Source: Macrostomum hystrix (Eukaryota > Animalia > Platyhelminthes). From it: 64,000 nucleotides of DNA. Of this stretch, positions 49,681 through 64,000 are shown one piece after another. Each line of letters starts with the position of its first letter. Positions within the stretch are counted from its first letter, which is position 1. The stretch lies in the NCBI GenBank assembly GCA_950097015.1, contig CATNEN010000011.1, positions 4,030,001 to 4,094,000 on the forward strand. The letters are read 5' to 3'. The translations under genes and the position numbers were made by a program. The notes beneath the pieces are model-generated. The model did no database searches and had not been told where the DNA came from. It saw nothing but the letters and a program-made list of their open reading frames with translations.

Positions 49681-50853
49681 CTAGTAGCAGACTGTGAATG
49701 ATAAGCGACAGTCTGATTGTTCATTCTTGATACCTCCTAAGTCATGTTTCAGTTTGAAGACAGTTTATTAAAATAAGTTATTTTTTCACCCAATTTTCAG
49801 AGCCCACCTGGTGTTCACTAAACCTGATGTCATGACCAACACGATGTGCCTAATTAAAATCTGACTGAAAGACAAGCAGATTTTTATATTAAATGTAAAT
49901 AGTTTTGTTGCATTTGCTTCTCTTCTACACGATCATATAAATTATTCCCTGAAATTTATTTTTTTTCTTGCAAATATATATTCTTGTGGCAGCTAAGCAT
50001 TTACAAGCTCAGCTACTTTTTTTTCTTATATTGAATTTGCAGTTTTTTCTGCAAGTAAGTATTTTCGTGGTTTCTATTTCTTTTATTTTAATGATCTTTA
50101 GCAGCAATAAACACAGCTAAAACATCTCTAGTACGACTGGATTCGTTTTAAAAAGTTAAGGGTCGATTTCAAGCGAAATTTGCTTTAATGATACTCAATT
50201 CATCCAGGAAAACAGTCATTCAGGCAATCATGACATTGCCTGAATATGATTTAGTCAGTTTGAGCGTACATAAATGCCCTGCATTTAAGTCTATATTAAT
50301 TAATCTATCTATTCATTAATCTAATTAATTAATTAAGCAATCTATAGTAATTACTGCTCCCACAAACGAAGTGGCCAAAACAGAGAGGATAAGTTATGGA
50401 AGCGCATGCATCTCTAGGCTAACATCACACCCGTCGTTTCTCGACAAAAAGTCACAACCGTGGCGCCAGCATCGGCCTTAAAGTATTGTTTCCACTAATC
50501 AGAGAGCTCTGCGTTCTAATTTGGTCTATGGACTGCAGAAACACGATTGCCGCACACAAAACTTGTAAGGAGCCACGCTGAATATTTAGGCCTCTGCTGG
50601 ACTCTATTTCTCATTCTTTTCCAATTGACAAGAACTCTTGGCGCTTCATCCCAGAAAATGTAGACAAGTTTTTATTTAAAAACTGTAGTCGCCTTCCATT
50701 GCGTTAATTATTTAAATAGCGAAAAAAATTGCCGTTTTGCAGTGCAAAGGGTTGCTAATGCCAGATAAGAGAAAAAATAGAGGGACAGCTCATAGTGAAC
50801 CCGTTCGCTTGTAATTGTAACTCAATGCATTTATATAAAGCGACCCTATAAAG

Positions 50854-51912
50854 TCACTCCTCACGCATTTCGTGCCAGAACAAATTATTCATCGCCGCCT
50901 CGTCTCTTTGCAACGGTTTAAGAAGAAAGAAACTACCGGGTATCTTTTCGTTATCCAAATGGTCAATCTGCAGCACGCTGCTAGTGTTGTTGTACATACC
51001 GCAGTAGCCTGGCGCGCTGAACACTGTTAGACAGCGTCGGTTCAGCTGCGAGTTGTAGCCGTTCATAGCCAGTTGATGGCCTCTGACAAGCATCTGGGTC
51101 TCGAACATGCTCATCACGTCATCCAGGGCGCCACTTGAGAAAGCGAAGGAGCAGCCACGATTGTTCGGCAGCCACCTGGCCTCTGTTAGGGTTTCGCTGC
51201 TCGGGTTGAACTGAGCATTTCGGACATAGCTAACCGGATCGGCCCACATTAGGTCGCACAGGATTCCGGGCCCTATCGGTTCCTTTGGCTGTTTGAGTTC
51301 GTTTAGGATAAGCACATTGGCCTGCTGGCCAGCTTTCGGATTGAATGGCTGCAGCAAGAAGTTCGGCGAGATACCACCGTGGCAGCAGAAGATTTGGTTG
51401 TCGAGGATGGCGCACATCGGCATCCACTGGAACGTCCTGACGAAGCCGCCGAGAACCTTGTGGGCTTGCGCCCGAAGCATTCTCTGAGCTATCTCATCCT
51501 TGAATCCGTAGCGACAGCAGATGTTCGCAGTCTCATGGTTGCCGCGAAGCAGGTACACCGAGTCGGGGTAGAGCAGCATGAGCACAAACAGCAGAGTCAT
51601 GACCTCCAGCGAGTACTTGCCCCGGTCGATGTAGTCACCGAGGAAAAGAAAGCGGGACTGCGGCGGTTGGCCAAGCGAGTCAAAGATGCGCAGCAGATCG
51701 TGAAACTGGCCGTGCAGGTCGCCAACAATGTTAATCGGTGTCTTCACAGTGATGCAGAGTTCTGTTTTGCGCATAGCCTCCGTGGCCATGTGGCACACCG
51801 TCAGGCACTCCATCGCCGTCAGCGGCACATGGTTGTGAGAATCTTCGATGTCGAACGCCAGCAGACGATTGGCCAAAGCTTCCAAATCGATACTCTGAAA
51901 CAACTGCAGCAT
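50854..51912 (-). CDS. Divergent intronless PP1-like phosphatase, copy B, 352 aa
   Basis: Same PPP motifs (GDLHG, GDYIDRG, RGNHE, HGG, DLMWADP, RGHQ, SAPGYCG); clear paralog of 42333-43394. Confidence 0.93.
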   Translation of the reverse strand: MLQLFQSIDLEALANRLLAFDIEDSHNHVPLTAMECLTVCHMATEAMRKTELCITVKTPINIVGDLHGQFHDLLRIFDSLGQPPQSRFLFLGDYIDRGKYSLEVMTLLFVLMLLYPDSVYLLRGNHETANICCRYGFKDEIAQRMLRAQAHKVLGGFVRTFQWMPMCAILDNQIFCCHGGISPNFLLQPFNPKAGQQANVLILNELKQPKEPIGPGILCDLMWADPVSYVRNAQFNPSSETLTEARWLPNNRGCSFAFSSGALDDVMSMFETQMLVRGHQLAMNGYNSQLNRRCLTVFSAPGYCGMYNNTSSVLQIDHLDNEKIPGSFFLLKPLQRDEAAMNNLFWHEMREE

Positions 51913-53012
51913 AATCCGGATTTGGTGTCGACTGCTTTTTTGACTTAGGGATTAGCGGCTCGAATTGGTTCTCTGGCCAGCTGGCCAGGCTTGAGTTAAT
52001 CCACGTCTAAATGTCAAAGGTTAGCAAATGCCCCGAGCAATAGACGTCCGATGCTTATCTTATTCTTTTGTTCACTAATTTTGCTCTATTTATTCATAAC
52101 ATGAGACCCTAGACAGCTGATTGCACTTAAATATCTGCTACGGATCCAGAGTACTTATTCAAACAAGACAAAAAAGCCTCCGAAACACATTTTGATGTTC
52201 AAGCCTGTGGATTTTCTGTGGTTGAAATTCTGTAAGCTACCTCGCAGATTTAAAAAAAATTATTTTTTGTTTGTTAATAATAAGCTTACACGCAAATCGA
52301 CGTATTAGTAGTATATCTGAGATTCTATAGAATTAAAATATTATACTTGTAGATTAATAAAAAGAGATAAAGCTACAAAATTATCTGTACTACTTGAACG
52401 ACCAATCCAGGTATGGTTTAGTTATTTATCATTTTTAGGCCATATCAATAGGCGGGCTAGACGTACAGTCAGCGGCTTCTCAAAGGCTGCGAACAGCTGC
52501 TTGTTTAGACTGACTGTTTGCACAATACTTACATATAGTAACTTAGCGAATTGATCATTAAAATTAATAAGTGGCGTACATTTGAATTCTAATTAACCTG
52601 GATTAATCTGTTTGCATAGCAGCAGCAAAAACCTGTTGAAACGCTATACTAGATTAAAAAGTGAAGAAAAACCTAAAAAGGACAAAGATGTGGTTAGATT
52701 ATGGAAAACGTATCTTAGCGCTAATTAAACAATTTTGGTTGTGTTACAAAGAATTACAACTAGATTTAAAATAAAAAATATGGCGCCTAAAGTATTTAGT
52801 CAATGATATTAAGAAGTGTCACGCGAATAGCTACTTTAATTTTACGAGCTAAAAATAGAATCAAGTAATCGATAATTAGATTTCCTTTAACTCCGAAGCA
52901 ATACACCTTGCCGATCAATAATATCGATTTTATCGATTTAAAAAAAGATAGATAAATCGATTTTTGAAAGTATCAAATTTCCAAGTCGAATCGATATCAA
53001 CGAATCAAAAAA

Positions 53013-57147
<4,135 letters not shown>

Positions 57148-59705
57148 TTCTGGACTGGGGTTGCTTTACCAATTCTGTAAGGAAAATCAATTTTATTGAC
57201 AAAAAATTGTGCACACAGATGTATGAAATACTCACTCAGATAGTTATGTATTTGCAAAACAAGTATTTGATGCAAGTTTAACAAAACTTTGTAACAGCCA
57301 TTCGACATTATAGCTATCTTGAATTATATAAAACTATAATTCTTATGAAATGATAAAAAATAAGGTAGGGCCTAATAACTAAAAGCCCAACTTTATCTGT
57401 CAAGCTGTCTCAACAACACGTAGTAGAAAGATAGACCTTTAAAATATTTTCATAGTTGTTCTAATTAAGAAGTTATTTTTTATATGTAAATTTACTTTTT
57501 ACTCTCTATATATTAGGCTACCTTGATAAAAAATATTTGATGCAGCTCAAAATAGGCCCTAAATTTTGATTGACTGACTGAGAACTGAATAGGCCTAGTT
57601 AAAAATACCTTTCTGGCCAATAGACAATAAAAAAATGTAAAGGTAGCAAACATGTAATTAAAACAAAGTACTTAATACCCTCTTACAGAATACTTAATAC
57701 AATACATGTCAATATTTCTCAATACCAGGCCTAATAATAACCTACTATTACTAACAATAATATTACATTTTTCTAGAAATACTTAATTCTGCAAACTTTT
57801 ATCCTACATTATAACTAGCTGGATCATAACAAAGGGGGCTGAGTAGTGTCGTAATGACTGAATATTAATATAGGGCAAATAAAAATCGAAAATCCATTGA
57901 GAAAGATACTATACTTAACACTACTTTATTGAAGTTTACTTTTACCATGCTACTAAAAAGCAAAAGTTGTTGTATAAGGCTAGTTGACATTTATCGCTAC
58001 CTGATAGGCTTGTGCTAATCTTGCATTGCATGACAATGAAAACTGCTTTTAAAAGTATTCTGTATGACTATGACTATGAGCCTATGACAAATCTTGTCAT
58101 ATCATATCATATCTATTACTTTAAGACAATAAGATTTCATTTAATGGAATCAATTAACAATGGATTCAATGTATTCGAATGGCTTCACTATAGGACTAGT
58201 TACTATAGAGAGGCGAAAAATATAACACTATCGTCACTAGTCAGCGGCAGAATTTTGATAAATTCATTTCACTTCTGATTTATTTGTTAATTAAAGAAAA
58301 AAGCTTCCGTGGTTAAATTTGAATTTGTTTGGACAAGCTATTGTAGCTGTTGATTATGATAGCAGTCTATTGAATGAGAACAATTGTGTTATATTTATAA
58401 CATTTTGTACTTATGTGACTGTTTTACCGTCTTTTCAGGGACGTCAAGAAAACTTTTGTTTCTTTGTAGTCTATTTTCATGTATTTCAAATTTTATTTGA
58501 ATTATGTACAAAATTCAATTACCATATAAAAAATTTCACTTTCCTAAAATTAAATTTATTTGCGAAATGATCGAATATATATATATCGATATATATTGAT
58601 TGCTAGATCAGTGGACCGAATGTTTTCCACCAAGGTGCACATGAGAGAGATTAGGTGCAATAGAGATGAGGCTAGGAAGAGACAGGAGAAATATCATATG
58701 CTGCAGAGGTGGACACTGAAGATCTAAATTAGACGCATAAGATCTAAGATCTAAAGCATCGAGAGAGATGCTTGTGTAAGAGAGAGTTGGGAGTGAGTAA
58801 AAATACCTTCCTGACGTTTCGATACCACTGCACTGAGTAGCTTGATATATTATAATATATAACTTAATTACAATAATATAATAATCTATTTAATTTAAAG
58901 ACAGATAATAAAGTTGAATTCCTTGATAAGAATTAGAAAGAGAAAAAGAGAAAACAAGAAAGAAATAAAATATAAATAATGGAAATATATAAATACATTT
59001 GAATTCATACAGCAGTAAGCACAGAATGGCCAACGGGAATTGGTTAATGTTGTGCAAAAACAAAAGAGTGCGCGACTAGGTTCGGAGAAACAACCAGGTT
59101 CAGAGAGGTTCAGAGGTTCAGAGAGTGCAAGAAGGTGCAGAGAGGCGGACCAATCAGAATTGGGGGCATGCAGGTGTGAGATTAAGGTCAGCGGTAGAGA
59201 ACCAGACAGAATTAGATCGAGGGGAGAAACAGCATGGCAAACAGACGAAATGTGCGGATGAACCGGCGAGAAAGTAGCGACAACAATTAAAGCGTTTGCA
59301 CAATCGTTTCTAGGAAAATCGCTTATAGGAAAAATCTGACTTTCGACCAGAACCATTGAATATCTCGACAGTCTGAAGAGCTGGCGACTTGATTATTGTT
59401 TTAGAAGATGCGCAACAAAAGTTTGGGCTGTGTTCTTGAGTTTCGTGTGCTTGCGTTGCTCAGTTCGGGTGCCGCAAAAAATGATCTACTACCTACCTAG
59501 AAGTAGAATACTCGGTAGCCGCCAACAACTTGGTCGTTCTATTGTTAATGAATCTGCTTGTGGTGCATATATAGGTTTATTTGTTACAAACAATTAATTA
59601 ACACATATGTACCGCGCGCCGCATTAATAAACCGGTACGCGATGTTTCTAATCCTATCAAATTATAATAGTATATAGCTAGTGATTGTTTGTGGTTCGCT
59701 TTCCA

Positions 59706-61149
59706 TCAGGCACAAGGTCCACTATCAGCTGGCCCGACTAGTTGAATCTGCGCCCGACCCGCGCTTGCGACCGAGTTGACGCTGAAGCTGACTCGCCTAG
59801 CAAAGGGCGCGGCGTAGCTGCTTCCAGCGCCGCCGCCGACGCCGCTTCCGGAGCCACCGAAGCCGCCAGCGAAGCCGCCGCCGCCCCCACCACCGGCGGA
59901 ATTGCCGCCGCCTCCTCCGGCGCCGCCACCGCCGCCGTAGCCGCCAAAGCCAGTGCCACTGGAGTCGCCGCCTGTCCAGCCTGTGGCGCGTCCGAATGAT
60001 CCGCCGAAGCCGCGTTTGTTGCCCAAACAGCTGGCTCCAGACTCTAGCCAGCCGGCGCCGCCGCCGCCTCCGCCACTGTCGCTGGAAGCTAAGCCGCCAC
60101 TGCCAACGTCACTGCGTGGTTTGACGGAGACTGCGCTCTGACCAGGCGCTGATGTGCCAGCTCCGCCTCCACCGCCAGCTGCCAGCAGGAGTTGCCAGTC
60201 AACGCTGTCGTTGCCGACGCTGCTCCGACGATAATAGACGAACGTTCCACCACCGCCGCCGCCGCCGTTAAACGAAAAGCTGATGCCGCTGGCGCCCTCG
60301 CAGCCGAGAACGATGGTCAACTGCAGTGCTGTGGAAGCCAACGCTGGCAGCGAGAGATGAGCTGTCACAATGCCGCCGAGGCCACCAACACCGCCCACTG
60401 CGCTACCACCCGCTGCTCCCCAGGCGGTGATGGCATAGCATCCGGCTGAAGCCGATAACGAGTAGTATTTTGGACTGCCGCTTCTGCTGGTGGACTGCGC
60501 TGAAACTGGTAGGATTGAGTGATTGAGTGATTACACCATTTTGTCAGAGAGAGTACACCAATGAGAGAGGATTGAGCACACAATAAGTGGCAGTGGCAGA
60601 GTGAGAAAACCAGGGACAGGCTGAGCACACCAGGCGTGACCAGGGACAGTGAGCACACCAGGGACAGTGAGCACACCAGTATCAGGGTGAGCACACTAGG
60701 CACAGGGTGAGCACTTTCGGACAAACAGAGCCATGAATCTTGCCATAGATGACGGGAGCGCTGGTAGTCGGCATAGGACGAACACAGTCGGGTCGTCCGT
60801 TCAGCACTTGTGAGAAACACGCAGATGCGCTGGAGTGGTTTGTGAACCATTTCTCGGCTAGATCGCATGGCGATCCCAGTAGGCAGCTGACATTCGTAGC
60901 GTCGGCATCATCAGCGAGAATCAATTGGAACACTGAGCAAAGCACCGGTCCGCTAGCAGCGCATTCGACAGCGCAAACTCTCGCGTCCTTTGCGCCAGTG
61001 ATTCGGCGAAATGTACCCGAACTCGACGTCACAGTGGAAGTGACGCACAGGTTTTCCACCTTGGTAAAAGTGACCGCAGCGGCCGTGACTGCAACAGTAA
61101 AACAAATCACGGGCAAGAAGCTAAGTTGAAAGTTAATGTTGATTTTCAT
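59706..61149 (-). CDS. Secreted PAN-like plus ALK/LTK-type glycine-rich-domain protein, paralog 2, without the mucin stalk. Exons 61149-60744 and 60499-59706 (~399 aa), joined by a GC-AG intron.
   Basis: Signal peptide; eight Cys aligned with paralog 1 (RVCAVECAASGPVLCSVFQL~RVCALMCAASGASRCSVFQL). Exon 2 reads GCYAITAWGAAGG, GGGGGGTFVY, LLLAAGGGGG, GAGWL..GNKRGFGG, GFGGYGGGGG and GGGAGSSY. Confidence 0.8.
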
Positions 61150-61611
61150 TTTTAGGCTCCGAAGAAAGCCAAAAGAAACTCGTGCAAGATTTTATTGAAA
61201 AACCGATTCATAAAACAAGTGAAAAAATATCTTTTTAACGTTTTTGGGCTAAGACGAATTTGATTGGTCTGCCAGTTGGCTTTCTTGTGGGGTTTCCGTC
61301 TGATCCCAGGTGGGTCTTCAACATTCTGGACGGACGTTACTTTTAACAGTCTGAGGGGTGAAAAACTCGCGAAAAACTCAGAAAAACACGCACACATACG
61401 AGCTTCTAAACACGAACACAACGGCCAAAGTTGTGTTCAGCTAATCATTACGAAGACTGAGGAAATAAATTTCAACCCGAGCCGATGCTGGTACCCAATT
61501 TACAGATGTGAGAGCTGTAGGAATTTAATGTCTGCTTAAGGACAGGGTTTTCTATTTTAACGCAGTGCCCATAACAATGTGCTATGGGCAATGGCACATC
61601 ATTTGGTGACA

Positions 61612-61866
61612 CTAGACCCGCAGCCAGCGAGAAGCAATTCTGGCCATTCCGCTGACTCCTCAGCACACACGCACTCGGATGCCGTACGCAGGAACACACT
61701 CTCACGGGGGTGAACCTGTTCTGACTTTCTAATACCCAGGCAGTGTACATGTCCACTTTAATTGTGCCTTGAAGGTTGAACCTCAAGGGCGCCAATTACA
61801 CAGCAAGCCCCTAGGCCTTCTCTCCGTGGCTGAGCACCAAATGAATGTGGCTCAGCTCAGGAACCT
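61612..61866 (-). mobile_element. SINE-like family 2, copy 3
   Basis: Aligns by eye to 53460-53702. Confidence 0.65.
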
Positions 61867-63027
61867 TGTTGCGTTCGCCACTCTGCTACTCACCCTCCAG
61901 AAGATTTAAATTGATAATCCGGAAACGGTAGACTGAATTCTGATCGTTTTAACCACAGCGAAAATTATGTGCAAGTGAGATTTTCAATTTAATCGCTTTA
62001 GACGAAAATGCGTCAAAATTCAAAAACTGTTTATTGAGTGACTGCATGATCTGTGAGGTTCGAGCCCTTTTTAGTAGAAATAAAGCTAGTTTTTAGCTTT
62101 AACGGGTTCATTTACGATAGCACCCGAAACGAATTATAAAAATTTTCCGCCCTTTATAATGAACCAACTTTCAAAGCCGTCCAAGCCAGCATCGTCGAGA
62201 TATTCAGCAATTCTTGTCGGATACACTGGTGACAAGGACAACTAGCATTGCTATGCATTAATATTGATGGTAAATCCATATTTGACCAAGAATATAATAC
62301 ACATAGACAAAATAATCAAATGCAATAGCCGACCTAGTTACATATTAATATTTTGTGAACTGAAAAAAATATTTCTAAATTGATAGTTTTTGCCATCGTT
62401 GAATATCTCGACGGCGCCGATGCTTTGTGATTATTGAAGTTGTTTGATCGGATAATGTGGAAAATTTTCGGATACACCGAACTTAAAAAACTATCGACTT
62501 CAAATTGACTCTTGAAACAGGAATATAAGGGATTTTTAGCAGCTATTTTCTTAGAAACTCAATCTTGCGACATTGACGAGAGAAGCAGGTTAACAGGTAA
62601 AATGTAAGCTGCAATCCAACCTCTAGTGATAGAACGGTCTTCCGCTCTTGCAAAGTTTTCATTTGAGCATATAAAACACAATTTTTTCCAAACGCGCTCA
62701 GTGTTCTCAGATGCACCAAAATAGAAAGGCCACGGCCACGACCAACGGTTCTGAGTTTCCAGGAAGCGCAACAGCCGGATGTGTTCGCAGCCGGATTGGC
62801 AAAGCGCATTGTTTGCCATTGTTTGCCATTGTTTGCCATTGAAAGAGAAAGTTGGCTGCGCGGGTACTTGGCTTACCGTTGACATTGATCCATCAAGAAA
62901 TATAAAGAAAGCAAACGGAACACTTGCTGCCAAGCAGACTCTTTTGCCTATTTGAGCTGTGCTGGCAGAAATTTCTGGACTTTTATATAGATGCCATTGC
63001 CATTGGCCTGCACAATGGCAATTCTAA

Positions 63028-63230
63028 CGAGCTCGATTCCGCGGCGAGGCCACATTCCTTTGAGGCGCAGCCGCGGAGAGAAGACTTGGGGAACTTGACG
63101 CGCAGTCAATTCACCATTTGAGGGCCAACCTCCAAGGCACAATGAGAGTGTAAACTGCCTGACGATAAGAAAGTCAGGGCAGATGTGCTACCCTGTGTGT
63201 GAGTGTGCTCATGCGTATAATATCTGTGTC
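63028..63230 (+). mobile_element. SINE-like family 2, copy 4
   Basis: GAGCTCGATTCCG (B box)..GCAGCCGCGGAGAGAAGACTTGGGG..TTTGAGGGCCAACCTCCAAGGCACA..AGAAAGTCAGGGCAGATGT, as in 53862-54050. Confidence 0.65.
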
Positions 63231-64000
63231 TCGATGACAAGTCCAGGAAAATATCTAACATTACACCAAGCACCAATACCAATAAGCACCAATAAGGCAC
63301 ATAAAAATGTATTTGGGAATATATGTAATTTAACTAGTAGAGAGATACAGATAAGACCAAAGCAATTTAGCTACGCCACACGTACAACACAGCCGCAGCT
63401 TTTGAGCTGTACAACAGTTCAGTCCATGGACTGTACGGCGGCCACACGGCCCCTAATATCTTAAATTGTGTGTCTCAGGGAGGTTTACTTTTGACCACTG
63501 AACTTTGCCTACAGCCAATACAAAAATGCGGTTGGTTTGTTATTACTGCAGCAACAGTCCCTACTATTAGTAGAGTCAGGCGAATAACAAAGCACAACTT
63601 CGACAAGGATGCATAAGCTAATTTACTGCTATTATACTGCATTCCTGCTTGTCGCAAACTTATTTTCTCTAACACACACGCAAACTACTTCTTTGCGTTC
63701 CATGCTTCAAGTTAATTATCGCGTCTCCATGGCAACACTGTAGAGACAAATTTATAGCAGTTTTATTGCATTTTACATAGTTCAGAGTGGATAGAGCTGA
63801 ATATAGAGAAGGTGAAAGTTAGTTACGAAGGCCTTGGACCATGGTACGGTCGGCCGCGGTTGTCAAGGCTACAGCGAAAAAATACACAAAACAGACCGAC
63901 AAGGAGCCAGCTACGTTAAAAAAGCAACTCAAGGTATTTGGTTAGGAGTTGCATACAGACAGTGATTGAGTACATACGGTGTGTGTGTGTGTGTGTGCGG

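Larger units (their letters stand above)
48330..49900 (+). ncRNA. Probable spliced non-coding snoRNA host gene, one snoRNA per intron; 5' and 3' limits uncertain
   Basis: Donors at 48431, 48802, 49046, 49300 and 49535; acceptors at 48677, 49004, 49240, 49501 and 49800. Exons are short and AT-rich with no conserved ORF. Confidence 0.6.

Overview
Eukaryotic (animal) genomic DNA, not prokaryotic. It has spliceosomal introns packed with minisatellites, AT-rich intergenic DNA and GC-rich exons. Closely spaced co-directional genes, some starting at an AG acceptor without their own ATG, point to a trans-splicing flatworm; Macrostomum-like is my inference from gene style, not a database result. Left to right: (1) a + strand four-gene operon-like cluster of a DGAT1-like MBOAT lacking its catalytic His, SIRT6, a SMYD4-like methyltransferase and phosphomevalonate kinase; (2) a 7-exon NECAB gene (-) head-to-head with a 6-exon AMPK alpha gene (+); (3) a 3-kb 16-mer satellite with higher-order structure; (4) a roughly mirror-image block containing a secreted PAN-like/mucin/ALK-LTK-type glycine-rich protein (+), an intronless PP1-like phosphatase (+), a probable non-coding host gene carrying three U24-like and one U36-like intronic box C/D snoRNAs, a second PP1-like gene (-), pyruvate kinase (-) and a second secreted glycine-rich protein (-). 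The most striking observations are: SIRT6, and probably PMVK, seem to take their initiator AUG from the spliced leader; a DGAT1 pseudoenzyme; standalone secreted ALK/LTK glycine-rich-domain proteins; a 302-bp gene-conversion tract between the PP1 paralogs; and a U24/U36 snoRNA cluster without RPL7A as host. Most long ORFs in the supplied track that lie in tandem repeats are artefacts. All family assignments come from motif recognition by eye and need HMM/BLAST/Rfam confirmation.
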